Counted from the stretch's first letter, positions 11,229 to 24,796 are shown. The stretch: DNA of 64,000 nt from Cystobasidiomycetes sp. EMM_F5 (GCA_051047955.1 JBPGPT010000026.1:124001-188000); one strand, 5' to 3'. The notes: generated by a model not told the origin, from the letters alone. Translations and numbers: made by a program.

Positions 11229-14216
11229 ATGAACACGACCTTAGAAGCCCGCATTGCGCAGCGCATCCAAGAAATACGTATCAGTCACCGCGAGCGTGCT
11301 TTTCTATTGGGTCTGCCAGATCCGTTTGCACAAGGTCAATAACCAATCTTACGAGTGTTGCAGTATGCTGACAATTGCTTTACAAACTGCCCTTCAGATG
11401 AAGCTCAACACGCGCCTGCCTTATCTCCAGCGTCATCTCCTCCGTTGGCATATTCAATTGACCACAAAATGTAACATAGCTAACTCCCTGTGACTTCCCG
11501 TCCCTGTTCCCCTGTGAACAGACATCTACAGGTCGTAGCGCCGTTGGTATACGACCAGGATCACGACCAAGTGCACGACCAGCAGGCAGACGAAGCCCTT
11601 GCAGCCGAGCCATCCGACTCTGAGGGGATTGAGGATGACGCGCCGGTCCATACGGTCCCAGCACTCGACCTGGCTCTGCCAGATCAGAAGTTTTTCTACC
11701 TGGAAGAGCTACTGAGTCTGGACATGGCTGAAATTTCAGCTTTTGTCAAGCCCTCTCACCGGGAGATGGCCGAGCAGGTGGCATCGTCTCACCTATTTCG
11801 CCGCAATACGGAAGAGTGGTATCAAGACGTGAGTTCGATCGCGTTGGCCTAACGAGCGTATCTGACAAGGAGTCTGTAGGCTGTGCTCAAACTTGAGGGC
11901 CAAAACATCAATGCGGTGGTCAACGAATTACTGAAGATTTTCGAGGGAACTCTGCAGTCCATGACCAGAGATGGCCAATGGTCGCATATAGCAAGCGCCT
12001 ATCATCTCTTCATCGCTCAGTTCTGTACAGGCTATACACACGATTACAAGCCGCGGTTTGGAGACTGTCCAACTTGCCTCGATTTCACCCTCTTGCGACG
12101 GCTAGGACTATCTTCCGAAAATGAGGACATTCTGCAATTACTCGCTGTATCCCAGACTGCCGGCGGAGTGAGCACGACCCGGATCACCCGGCTGAGGAAG
12201 GACGGAGGAATGCCGTTCAGCCTGGTCACACACTATCTCGTTATGAGATTTCCGCAGCTCGTTATCGGACAGCAGCAGGACGAACCTCATGTATTCAAAG
12301 AGGATCGAGCGAACTATATGCTTGGCTCGAAAGCCTGGCGTCCGCTCGTCGATGCATACGAGAGAGTATTTTTGAGCGCTTTCTCTATAGGATATCTCAC
12401 CGAAGGTCTATTACCTGCCACTGCGTATACAGACGTCTTCACGAAGAATGCTCATCTTCCGATCTCAGATTACGAGCAATTACGAGTCATGGCTGGGAAG
12501 ACGAAAGGCTGCGAGATTTATGCGCAGATGACTGCTCACGACTTGAAAGAAGGGATGAAGCTACAAACGGGTAACGCCAAGAGTTTCAAAAGTCACTGGC
12601 TGGATCGTCTGAAGAAGCAGGTCTTAGAGAATGTGATCAAACAAGTGAATTCGGCAATTTCAGGCAATCAAGCCGACCAACTGGCCGAATGGGCTTCTCT
12701 GCGGAACGATCGCCTCTTCTTGGAGAATGTTGAGTCTGAAATGCAGGAGTATCCCGATGTCGCAAACTACCGTCAATTGAGCTGCGCTATTCAGGGCGCC
12801 ACACCTCGTCAAAGCGACTCCATATTACATCTGCAAGCAGCGACTTTCATCACCGATTTCTTCCATTTACAAGAGGATGCGCTCATCCCCGGCAGAGTTG
12901 TGTCTCAATACCGAACGCAAGCAGGCCAAATTGTTCACGGCAGCGCCTCAAACGAACGAGCCATCGATCTGGTCGACAGCATTGCCGAGCGTTTATACGA
13001 CAGTGTTTTCAAACCCATGCTTGATAAAACAGCTGCGCTGTTCCCGCAGGAGAAGGAGACGCCTCGAGCGTACGTGCCTTTGGATGATCGTTCCCAAGAA
13101 CTGACGCCGTATCATATTGCGGGCACTTCTGCGAGCGGAACCGGACGGAGCACACGCATACTCGACACAGGCATAATTGGGCTGGTCCGCAAAACAAACA
13201 TTGACTACGCCGGCTTCGTCACGGCGGATTTGCCGCCGCTGAATGATTCGCAGGATCCGAACCACTTCAAGACTGCGGCAAAGACCGTAGTTGATCTACA
13301 CAGAGCGCTGGATCCTCTGATCGAACAATGGAAGGCGGATCTGGACCGGGTCGCTCAGCCTGTTGTTTCTCAAAAAATCAGTAAACTCTACGACATGTTC
13401 CAGAGGCATAACAACAAGTGGGCTAAAACTGTCGCCAACGAGCGGGTTGATAAACACTGCGATATCGGCGTAAGCGCGATACTGGACATGCGCACCCTCG
13501 TACGACGAATCTTGTCTCACTTGGCTGATGAAAGCGTCATTGAAATGGCATATGTCGAAGATACTTGCCGTCTTTACGATCAGATACTCTGTATATCAGT
13601 CCATCTCCTCAATCCTGGCCTATGGTCTCTTGCCCTCGAGATCCTCCTACAGAAACTTCCGTCATACCCCCGCAGAATGGCGGCGAAAGTCAGAATCGCG
13701 CACGCAGAATTGTTTCTGGCCATGAGACATGGGCTCACAACGGCTTTCAGTCTCTCCGATGGTCAACGCGTGGGTCTCAACTGGACGACGGAAGAGATGA
13801 TTGGCAGACATAAGGACTCCATTCTTCGGTCAATATCTTTCATGGTTTCGGCACAACGTAATTTGTGCGCATGTAAGCACTGTCGCCGACTGCTATATGC
13901 TCACGAAGACACACTGCCCGCGCATCAGATTCTGGGTCCGCGCCAGCTGACCACGTCCTCCGTATACACGCGCATGGGACTTCGCGACATTGTTATCAAA
14001 GGCGCGTGCGGTGTTCCGCCGGCAATCATTCGCAGCTCCCGCGGTCCTTGCCCTTCCACCTACTGGCCGGAGTTCCTTTCCTTGGCGACGCTTGCCGCGC
14101 TGAAACGCATCGCCAAACTTGAGCATCGTTTCTGTAAATATGTGCGAGACCGCCCTTCCCAGGCGCTCATGCTGGCAACGCAACAGGCTCAAGAAGGCTT
14201 CGATGAGGAAGACTAG
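11229..14216 (+). CDS. Large hypothetical protein (~900+ aa, orphan)
   Basis: 777-codon open frame 11883-14216, preceded by a GTGAGT..CTGAC..TAG intron (~11829-11879) and small upstream exons; no recognised domain; CPTC and CACKHC motifs. Confidence 0.65.
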
Positions 14217-15148
14217 ACAAGCGGTGGCTGAGAATGACGAAGAATTCCAGCATCGTGTCGATCTGGCAGACATTCTCCTTGCTGGCAGGACATGTCATAG
14301 GTGCGGACAGAGCTAGCCAACTAGCAAACGTTCTTCTGGATCTGGAGAATCAGACAACTATGTCACCTCTGATCAGCCTTGTAAGAGGGTAGTATGGTAC
14401 TGTTGTCCGAGCGATTACCTGCCTGCGAGAAGACATTACACTTCGAAGTAATCCACATCTGTAGAAAGTGCAGTCACACAGCAGTCGTCTTGAAGCATAC
14501 TACTGAACGTTGTCTACGTCTAAGCTTGCTAGCGCCACCCTTTCCGATGTGCCTCAGCGTCCGAAGCGGCAGTCGGCATTTGCAAGCGCCATGGATGCAG
14601 AGGCGTGGTCAGTTTCTCAGACGACAGCGTCAAACGATCCAGCTCTTCTCGCAAGCGGTACCGTAACGACTTCAGTACTGCGCGTCCCGCTCTCCGACAT
14701 CGATGCCCCGAGGTCAATAGCGAAGCTTCCTGGACCTCGACTGGATACAGACCGTGTCACAGTCTGAATTGTATTAGTTGTGCTCTGTGGCTTTCAGTAT
14801 GCCTTTAAAATGTAGCCTTCCTCGCATTCCCAACGTTAGTCAATTGCCAATCGCTCTGCTCTCGTCGGAGTTGAGCGGGTTTGTGCAACGCACACGCCTC
14901 AGTCATGTCAGCCATGCCATCAGCTCCATGCTGCTTCTGCTTCTGCTTGCTCGCTGGCTGAGTTGCCCGACCGACCACTGGAACTGGAACGGAGATGGAC
15001 CGCATTTACCGGAGTCCGTGAAGTACGGCAATGCGGATATGAAGCAGACGTTCGAAGACGCGGATTGCCGTGCACGCTTTAAACGCGACACTGAGGTTAC
15101 ATTGCATTGGTCGACTATCCGCCTCTTTGAGAAATCGTACAGATCATC

Positions 15149-16872
15149 ATGACAGTCTCCGTTACCAGCCAGCTCACAGAATGGATTCAGGGACTGCAGC
15201 TGGCGCAAGTTCCCCAATACGTCAAGGATCGAACAAAAGCTCTCCTGATGGATGGCTTGGCGTGTGCACTTCTGGGCTCGCACTTGCCGTGGTCTGAGAC
15301 TGCGACTCGGACGATGGTCGACTTTGAAAGCTCAGGACCTTGTAGCGTGTGGGGCTGGACCGAGGTAGGCCTACCATGTCCTTCGATTGTTGATAACTCC
15401 TCACTGAACGCGCCGTGTCGTACTTAGAAATTGGGCCCGCTGTCGGCAGTTGTGCTCAATTCGTCGTTTGTACAAGGATTTGAGCTTGACGGTATGTACA
15501 ATCTAACGTCTGCACGCCACGAATGGAATCCGTCTGAACGCTAATTTCTGCAGACTTTCACCGTGTGGCGCCTGTGCACGGAGTCAGTATTGTACTTCCC
15601 GCGCTCATGGGTGTGGTTGAGCTTGAGGCAGCCAAAGGTACGCGAGCCTTTTCAAGGGGCCAGCAACATGAGCGGTTTCATTGACGACCGGTATTGTGAT
15701 TCAGGCCGTAAAATTTCTGGCAGCGAGTTCCTTCTCGCCGCAATTGTCGGACTTGAAGTATGTCCGCGAATCGGAGCCGGATTGGGGGGCAAGGACCTCT
15801 TAAGTCGAGGAATCCACTCTGGTGCGCTGATGGGTACGCAGAATTCACATGAATATGACGTATCTAGCGAATGACTTTGACCTGTCCTGCAGGACCCATC
15901 GGGGCTGCAGCAGCGAGCGCCAAGCTGCTCAATTTGTCCGCTATACAGATTGAGCACGCTATAGGTACAGCAGCGACCCAATCATCGGGCCTGATGTCTG
16001 CTCAAGCTGGCTCGATGGTGAAGCGAATGCAACATGGTTTTGCAGTTCGAAATGGCCTGTGCGCGGCGCTTCTAGCGCGTGGCGGCTACACAGGCATCGA
16101 GCAGGTCCTTGACGTACCCTACGGAGGCTTCTTCGCGGTATGGACGGCTGGCTCTCGTAAGGAACCGCAATCACAGCCCAACGCGGTCGTCAGTGATCTG
16201 GGGCAAGTGTGGTACATTATGGACTACGTGGTAAAACAGCATGCAACTATGGGAGCAAATCATACTCCAGTCGAATGCTTTGCGGCGTTGCAAGCGTCGG
16301 AACCTCGGGTCAATAAGGCAGACGAAATAGCCAATATTCATATCGAGGTTGCTGATGCAGCATATCACCATGGCTGCTTTCCACTGCCGACTTCTCCCTT
16401 ATCCTCCACTGCGGCTCAAATGTGCATGGGATATGCAATCGCATGTCAGCTGCTGGACAAGCAGGTCTTCGTGGAGCAATTTGCACACGACAAGCTGGAC
16501 CGTCCAGAAGTCCGAAGGATCGTAGATCACATTACCTATGAGAATGCTAGTGACATCCAGTCTTTCAAGAGCAGAATTAAGGTAACCTTTACCGACGGAC
16601 AGCAAGTCCGCCAGGAACTTTCGGCTGCGAAAGCTATCCATCCTGGCCTTAGCGATGCTGATATCCGGTAGGTTTCCGACATCAGTGTTGCTGGGCTTTC
16701 TTGGCGCTGATGAATCGCACACGTCAGTGAGAAAGCTGGTGCAATACTCGCCTTGGTTGTTGACTCGGATTCGAGGGGGAAGATCGAGAGTATGCTTACC
16801 TCGCTCGACATGGTCCAAGACTGTACAGACCTCGCATTACTGTTACAAAGGAACATTGTATGCCCCATATGA
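15149..16872 (+). CDS. MmgE/PrpD family protein resembling cis-aconitate decarboxylase (CadA/ACOD1-like)
   Basis: DGLACALLGSHLPWSE, LNSSFVQGFELDDFH, PVHG, IVGLEVCPRIG, GLMSAQAGSMVKRMQHGFAVRNG and PYGGF motifs, closely paralleling Aspergillus terreus CadA as recalled. Confidence 0.88.
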
Positions 16873-17125
16873 CGTCTAAATGGCGTAAAAGAAGCCGTGA
16901 GAGTCGATGCGACTGCAGTAGGGGAGCTGTGCACGACGAAGGGTGTTTGAGGAGCGTACATAGGAGGATTTTGCAATGACAATAGTCGGTTTATCTGATT
17001 TTCATGAACTGCGGGGATGCATGGGCCATTTGCGCTATGGAATTGGCTGCATCAAGGTTGCTCTGGACTTACTGCAGAACCAGGAGCAACACTGGCGTGG
17101 AGCCTGTCCAGCTACACCAGTCTAC

Positions 17126-19815
17126 ATGTCGTATCCCTATGCAGTGCCACCTGGTAGATCAACTCGTCCGGTATGTCGTCGGGGAGCTTGCACCGTACTG
17201 CGGAGGGAAAGCGTCGGCCCGACTGACATCGGATCTGCTGGACCAGCACGTAGCGAGGGCTTGCGATGCCTGCAGACAGCGCAAGTCCAAATGCGATGGA
17301 CAAGAGGCAAGCTCGGCGTATGGCCGCACTTGCGACTGCTTGGACTGACTCGCTGCCGTCCCTTCCGTTGTCAAGCCGTGCGAGCGTTGCCTGACATTTC
17401 AGAAGGGTGCTGTTCCATCGACTGATCTATGCGGTCCATCTCTGACCTACGTTCTTCGTAGAGTGCGTCTATCAACCCGTATTCCAAAGGAAAGGAAAGT
17501 GCCGCCAAGGCCCAAGATCCATTGAAATAACCTCCGCAATCGTCTCGGTACCGTTGACAGCGTCGGCGCATCTCTTTGACCATCGTGACTCTTCTGTGGG
17601 ACACGATGGAACGGAAGGAAATGTCCGCAGCCTTGAAGATGCTGGTGGAACTGCCACCGCCGTGCGAGATAAGTCTGTCGAAAACAGAGGTAGGAGTATA
17701 GGCAGCTGTCCCGGTAAGTGCTCACGCTAGATTCACGCAGCTGGACACATCATCTGCGACAACATACGAGGCAGCGCTACCCACAATTTCTTGCCGGCGC
17801 AGGCCGACGAGCGCGAAGAGCAGCTGACCAGCGGCTACGAGACAGATCACATGGTTCTTCCGGATCGCCAGACTGCCATGAAATACGTAGACGCCTACTT
17901 CGTGCTCAGTACAACATACCAGTATCTTTCGCGCTTGAACATAGAATCCTTAGTCTCCAACCACCTCAATTTCGAAAGCGCCACACCTCCAGATCCAGAA
18001 GCTAGTGGTCTCATACTCAGCATTATGGCTCTTGGGTCAGTCCGCTATTTCGCTCAGATGACGTCCTAGTACTCAATGTTTGTTCCTGGCGTATAGATGC
18101 CTCGCATCTACCTATCTCGATGCGGATTCAAGACGAATCGGCTCCTCCCTTGCACCGAGCATGAAGCTATACTGCGCTGCCAGATCTCGCCTCAAAAGCA
18201 TCTCTGACATACCGTGTAGATCATTGATGACCGTTCAAGCATGCATCACCATCGTACGTGCACTTTTTTGAATACTGAATTGCGTTATGAACTGTGCATC
18301 ACAACAGTCACAATTCCAGCTTGCGCTTGGATTCTGGCAGTCCGCGTGGTTCTCAATGGGGAGGGCTGTCCGAATAGCACTCATTGTCGGTCTTCATCGG
18401 GCTCGTGATGATGAGTCAATAGAAGAGCAGATCCGGAGGCGTACCTTCTGGTCACTCTATTTGTTGGACAGGCAAGGGCCGTTATTCGATCTCGTTGATG
18501 TCGTCTGACTATGCCAGCAGGTTTGTGTGCTTAAACCTCAACTTGCCGCTCTCCGTACAGGATGCTAGTATAACACAGAAGTTTCCCAGAATAGTTCCGG
18601 ATGAGCTAGGTGGGAGGCGGGTTTTTCCCGCCCGAGCTGGTCCAAGCTCCGCAAACCTCGAAGACGAGATCGCCTTGAGTGGCTTCATAGCGCGTGTCAG
18701 GTCTGTGTAGCCGTATGTGAGAGTAGACGTTTGCGCATCCCTGACTGCTACGCTCAGACTCAGCAGGATTACTGGACGTGTCTTGTCCAAGCTATACTCG
18801 CCTGCAGAGAATGCGGAAAACTTGGAGGCGGAAGAAAGGGACGCAGCCGTGAGCAGTCTAGTCCAAGAACTCAAGGCCTGGGAGATGGATATTCCGCCTT
18901 TCTTCGCGCCTGGCGGGCAGATTGAAACTTCTTTTGCTGACCTCTTCCAGCACGTGCCGTGGGTGCACAAGATGTGAGAGCCTGACGGACTCTATGCCAC
19001 TTTTCCGCACTGAGTAATATCCTTTAGGCAGAAGTGGATGATGACCTCGGCCTACTACCATACCAAGATGATCGTTTATCAGCCTTACCTCTTCCACGCG
19101 CTGCGCAGCGGTTGGGACGCACTCCGCGGAGGCTGTGTCCGGATTGCAAATCCGCCTCAGAGAATAGTAGAGTGCGTGGTGGCTGCTCGCTTCCTGGTCG
19201 CTCAAGCTCTCTCGAGGGAAGACAGCTCACGTAGCGCCCTTTTCTTGGTGAGCACAATCATGCCCAGACACATGTATAAAAGGTCAGGTACTCATTGCTG
19301 CCTGTGCTCACAGAGCTCGACACACTTCGTTTCCAGTGCAGTGGCGGTCCTTCTGCTTTACCTCATTGTCTTTACTGTCCCCGACTCGAACGACATACTA
19401 GAAAGCGTTCAAAAAGTGATGGACGGCTACATCAGAGAGTCTCCTAATTCCAAACAAGTGGCTAAAGGTCTCGAAGTGAGTTATTGCTTGTCCAATAGCC
19501 TTTAGGTGGAGCCGCTGAATTTCTGCAAAGGATCTGAGAGCTGTCCTGGCAGCTGCGATGGTGGATGAACGACAAGACGAAATTATTGGAAATTCAACAG
19601 GAGTTGCTGCATTAAGTCGCCCTACGTCTAGCAATATTACTTACAATCAGCACACGCCTGGCTATATCGTCAATACGATTCCTGAGCAAGCGTTCGACAT
19701 CAACGACCTCTTCTCGGAGACGCTAAACAACGCCTTTGGGTCCACCAATTTATGGAACAACCTGGATCTAGCAGTACCGACTTTTGACTCAGTCAACGCA
19801 GGTGGCTGGTACTAG
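17126..19815 (+). CDS. Zn(II)2Cys6 transcription factor with fungal-specific TF domain
   Basis: ACDACRQRKSKCDGQE/PCERC.../ECVY; AVRIALIVGLHR and EEQIRRRTFWSLYLLDR motifs. Confidence 0.92.
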
Positions 19816-20696
19816 AGAGTCATTGCATGCTGCAATGTTAGCCGGACGAGCAACTACTTCTCTCGACATACGTAAAAAAGAGTAAGCGCGTTCAATTGCG
19901 GAAGGGAGATAGATGATGGTGCGGAAGAGCCTATCATGGAAGAAAGCAATGACACAAAATACATCCCGGCTAGAGCTATAGGTTCGCGGGCTTGTTCGGT
20001 CGTGCGTCATGAAGAGCACAGTCTATCGCCAAGCATAGCGAAAGTGCATCTTCGGCTTTGATTCTTCCATGGCGTCTGGCTAGATCGATGGACAAAGTGC
20101 ACATAAATCCTCGGAACTCTTCGTCAACCGAAAACCGACACTGAGCTTAGCTCATCGTTGATGACTACTTCGTTGAACAGATTAGGTTTGTTCTGTCAAC
20201 GCTTGCTAGATCGCCCACGGACTGTCACCTCCCGGTCTCCGCGAGGTCATTCTTGTTCTCATATGTGATCTCTACTGCTATTAAAACTCGCTTTGTTTCA
20301 CACTTCCACACCTGCTCATCGCCATTCTACTTGCCGTGAACGATTGGCAAACGCCTCCCTGGCGCCCTTCACTACAAAGCTGAAGAATTCGGCCACTAGC
20401 TGTCGGCAAGCAAGTCTGACAGCTCAGTCTGCAAGCACAGCTCACGACACACGAACAGCACTGGTGCTTCGGAGATGCTGTATTGCGGCCCACAGCAATG
20501 CAGTGTGCATTCTCGTCATTTCAATCGTGTTCTGACCTCATACTCTGGCTTGATCCAGATTCTGACGGTCATACTGCTTCAGGAACTCTTGATGGCGACC
20601 TCGTGTTCGAGAGGATGGCCTCCGGCTAAAAGGTTCAATGCCGTCGGCAGTGCTGTGCTTGTGATCAAGGTTCATTGCGTAGGCTCCTTCCGACAT

Positions 20697-21267
20697 CTAG
20701 AAAGCCCTGCATGAACCGCATGGCTGCGTAGACTTGGCTGAGACGGTCCTCTGCATGATCCAGGAGAAGTACGGGATCTTGGATTCATCCACCGTAAACG
20801 GTACAGACTTGATAGTAGCCATCTCCACATCGACTGCCTCTGTTTCATCTTCCAGACACTGCCAATCGTGTTTCGACAATAATGACAGGTTGTCTCTCCA
20901 GAGCACCACCCAGACTGATTCTAGGATTCCGATAGCGGATTGCGCATCAGGCGTGCACCAAGGCTTGATCCGCTGCAGCGATTGAACATAGTGCACGAGC
21001 CTCCTCCGACTGAAAAGAATGGAGAGGCTTGCAGCATCCATGATCTCCTCAGTGATGAGGTTGATGTCGTCAACCAGACCATCAAGTTTGTGTGTATCGA
21101 AAAACAGCCAGGCGGCATCCTCATTAGCATGGGGCGGCAGAAGATGCAACAGCACTCTTGGCGGTCCGGGTCTGCCGAGCAAAGTTCGACTCAGTTTTGG
21201 CCGTGACGCGAAGGAACAAGGTATCTTACAATGTTGCGTCGGCTGACGAGACACTACTATTCGTCAT
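20697..21267 (-). CDS. Hypothetical protein (3' end unresolved)
   Basis: 185-codon ORF with a plausible short first exon from ATG 21267 and a GTAAGA donor; no motif recognised. Confidence 0.35.
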
Positions 21268-21438
21268 GGCTGTTGCATATAGGGGTGTTTTAAGCGCAAG
21301 GCGAAGCAAGAGGAATCGCCGATTCCCGAAAGAATATCATGTTTACTATGTCGAACAGTAAAACGCGAGCGGAACGCGTACGGGCATCAATCCTTCTATA
21401 AGCTACGAAACAAGCAATGCTTTGCATTCCTCTCAGGT

Positions 21439-23144
21439 CTAATAATCTGGTCGTGTCGGGGGCCGGTGCTCAGCATCCCAATCTTCTGGCATCCACTGCA
21501 AAATGCATTTATTGTTATTTAGTTGTGGTACATGCGTGCCACTGCACTTACATGATTATGCCATACCCAGTAGCACTTCTCTTCGCGTGTGTTATCGCAA
21601 AGGGGCTCAAGGTCTTCCTCCTTTTCGTAGATCATTTCAGCAAATTCCGATTCGCCGGCTGGATTATTATGCGGGACGTATTGTGGCCCGTGGATAGGCC
21701 GCCCTTCGCCTACCATTGTCGAATTGATGGCGAAAGCATTCATGTCGATTCTGATGTGCCTTTCGGACCTGCCGCCGTAATGCCACTTTGTCAATTTCCC
21801 GTTCTCGTAGAATGGTCCTTCCCCTGGATATGCGCGCTGTCAGCACGGTGGGCATTGTTGCCGTGCGACTAAACTTACATTCGCTGGGCGCGAAGTCTCT
21901 GTAAAGAGGAAAGTTGCCGGCCTGCCAGGCAATCATTTTCTTGACCTTCCACATACGACGCAATGCCTCTGGCATGAAGTATGCGTCATCATCCACATTC
22001 ACGACAGGACCGTCGCTGCAGCCGTACCACGCTCAGCGTTGCGTTGACCGCGCATTCTGAGTCCATACTCACCCGAAAACCGAGTGCGTCAATACATCAA
22101 CAGCCTTCAGCACAATGTTCCATTGAGCCTTTCCCCATCGGCTGCAATTTGACAGCATCAGCAGTAAGAAGACGAAACAAAGTGATTAGCTTCGACTGAC
22201 TTTGTGGGACCATGAGAAAAGTAGAGATATGGAACATTGCTACTCCGAAGTAGGCGTTCCAGACTTTCGTCGGTCCTGGGCGCGTCCTCTACGACTATCC
22301 AGAGAAGTTGTCGCTCCACGTCTTGGGATGTCCTGCCATCGCCATACCCCTGCTGACGTACTATGTTTGTGTAGTTGCGAATAAGATCAATGTGCCTGTT
22401 CATGTAGCGCATGCGTGTGGCTCCCTTCAGTCGTCCAGCGTCTGCGGTACGCGTATACATGAAAAGTGTAGGAATGTCTGGCTTCAATCCAGCAAAGGAG
22501 AAGGACAGAAGCGAGTCGGGATGCGTCAAGGATCTGTCTAGAAGTTGAAGTCGGACATCATTGGGCAGAAAGACTGCCTCAAAATTGGAGGCCAAAAGCA
22601 CGTTGTGGTGTATATGGCGGAACATGTCCGCTTTTGTGGTAGTATTAGATCGAAATGCATTTTCTGCGGATGTGGCGGAGCTCTGGAGCTGCTGTCGCGG
22701 TAAATAACCTCCTTTCCGTTCATCTGAGCATTCCGAGCAGACTCGCCACGCGGCGTCTATCTGAAGATCGTCTGGTGGGACGTCGAAAGCGAGAGCGATA
22801 TCAGTCGCGATGCCGCCATCAAGATCCTGCACTGCATCGACACTCTTCAGCCTAGACGTCCTGTGAGCGCGCTGCTGGTCGAGCACGCGAAAGGTTTCGG
22901 GCGACGGCAGTCTTGATGCATCATTGCTACTGAAGGGTAAGCCATCCGGTAGCAATGAAGACGAATTACTCGTCCGCCAGCTTGATAAGATCTCGTAGAC
23001 CAGTAACCCTGTGACACACAACGCGGCCCATCGTACGAGCCTGTTGCGATTAGCCAGCGGTCCACTCAATCTGCTGTCCAAGGGGTGGAGACTGCCCATG
23101 GCGTATGCGAGCGAGCACACAGACGGGTAAGCTGGAGCCAGCAT
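21439..23144 (-). CDS. Type II membrane glycosyltransferase, GT43 (glucuronosyltransferase)-like
   Basis: N-terminal TM helix; LLWIVVED, VDDDAY (DxD), IDMNAFAINS and WVWH motifs match the GT43 pattern. Confidence 0.65.
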
Positions 23145-23485
23145 CGATACAGACTGGTGAGCTGCTGAGCAAGCCGCGAAATCAGCGTCAGTTTGGCCGT
23201 GCGACCCTCCGCATCCGGTCAACGACCTCGAGGGGTCATGGCGTAGCCTGTGCTGAAAGCCTTCGAACAGGTGTTAGCAGCATTCCCAGTATTGGTATCA
23301 TGGTGTGTGCTACTGTTGTGCTACTGTCCATTGTTTCGACGATGCTGCTCGCCGTAATAGACACAGCATACATGGTCATCGAGTCTTTCATTTGAGGCTG
23401 AGTTGAGGTGGGGCAAAATAAAAGGCGTGAACCATCAATGATGACGTTACGGGGAAGTCAACAACTAGCTCTGCATCATGACTAT

Positions 23486-24575
23486 CTATGACTCGTCAGG
23501 ACTGCCATCGTTGTAGTCTGAAGCCGCTTCTCCGTCGCTCAGATTGAAGTCGTCATGCTGATGTATGCCAGTGTCCGGCTGATTCGGTAACGCGACACTC
23601 GTCCGCTTGGCGTTGCCAATACGCTGCAGGTCCTGCAGTATGCTGATCTCGTCTTCTCGTTGACATTGCTCTCGATATGCTCGTAAGAACTCAGTAGCAA
23701 TTGCCATTTCTGATAACCTGCCTGTTGACAACACTTGAAGGGCGTCGAGTCGCACTTTCGTAAGCATTGGCTCGTCAGAAAGGCGCTTGCCAAGCTGCGG
23801 AAAAGACTCGAGGAATTGGGTTGCGGCTCTAAGCTTGTCGGGCATATTATCGAGTATAGCCCACGCGGATAAGGGCACATTTTGATCACTGATCCTTGAT
23901 GTTCCAGCTTCACCGGACACCGAGGCAAGTGAAGTGCCAGCCCGGGTCCTCCTCGAGTCGTGTTTGCGTGCCTGAAGAGGCGACACTGGCTGCAACAAGC
24001 TCGCTGCTGCTGTGGAAGTTGTGTCCTCGCCGCCTGGACCAGTGCCGGATCTCAGCGGACTATCACTGTCGCCCGCAGATTCTGCAACGCTTTGATCTGC
24101 ACGTAGCGTAAGCTGCTCCCATGCGCAACTCAATAGCGTGCAAGCATCTCCGGCATCTCCGTCATACCATGGTGCGACTCGCTGTATTTGTTGTATGTAC
24201 TGAGTGAAGGGCCGATAGTGCTGTACGAGCTGCAGAGAAGGAACGTCTAGCAAAGCTGCGATAGCTCGGTGCACCTGTTCGACATCTGCAATCGAGCGTA
24301 GCAGAAGATTGGAGGCTATGTAAGAGTGCTAGGAGCGTAGGGCCGCAGCGCAAACATACCTAGCGGTTCATAAGGATTATATTCGAAGCCTGCATCGGCA
24401 ATATACTCTAGTCCGACGGCGTGAAGGGATCTGTCTATATGGACATGCAGAAGCTTGTCAATGCGTGACGGTGGCTCAAGCGCAGGTCAACCTTACCGTC
24501 CGGAACCGGCTCTTTATATATACGCTGCTTTGCCCAGTCCACATATGTATCATCTCCGTATACTGTTTGCGGCAT
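23486..24575 (-). CDS. Hypothetical protein (3 exons)
   Basis: ATG 24575, GTAAGG and GTATGT donors with an open second exon, leading into the 262-codon ORF; no recognised domain. Confidence 0.55.
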
Positions 24576-24796
24576 GTCGGGGTGTCAGTTGACTCAGTTA
24601 TCTCGGGTCAAGCTGCGTCAGCGGGTGCATCTGAGTGAGTATGCTCCATGCAAGTTGAGTTAGCCTGGAGGAGAGCTGAGCAGTGACCGAGATATAACTT
24701 ATTATTGTTCTTGATCATCCTGGTTCACAGACTGGCAACACACGTAGTCTCTTGCCAGCCAACCAAGTCAGCTCGCAGCCTCGCTACACTTTTGAC

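Noticed and set aside
11883..14216. Transposase, RT or RdRp identity for the 777-aa ORF
   Set aside because: No DDE, YxDD/GDD, tyrosine-recombinase or KDZ motif could be convincingly identified, and no terminal repeats were seen
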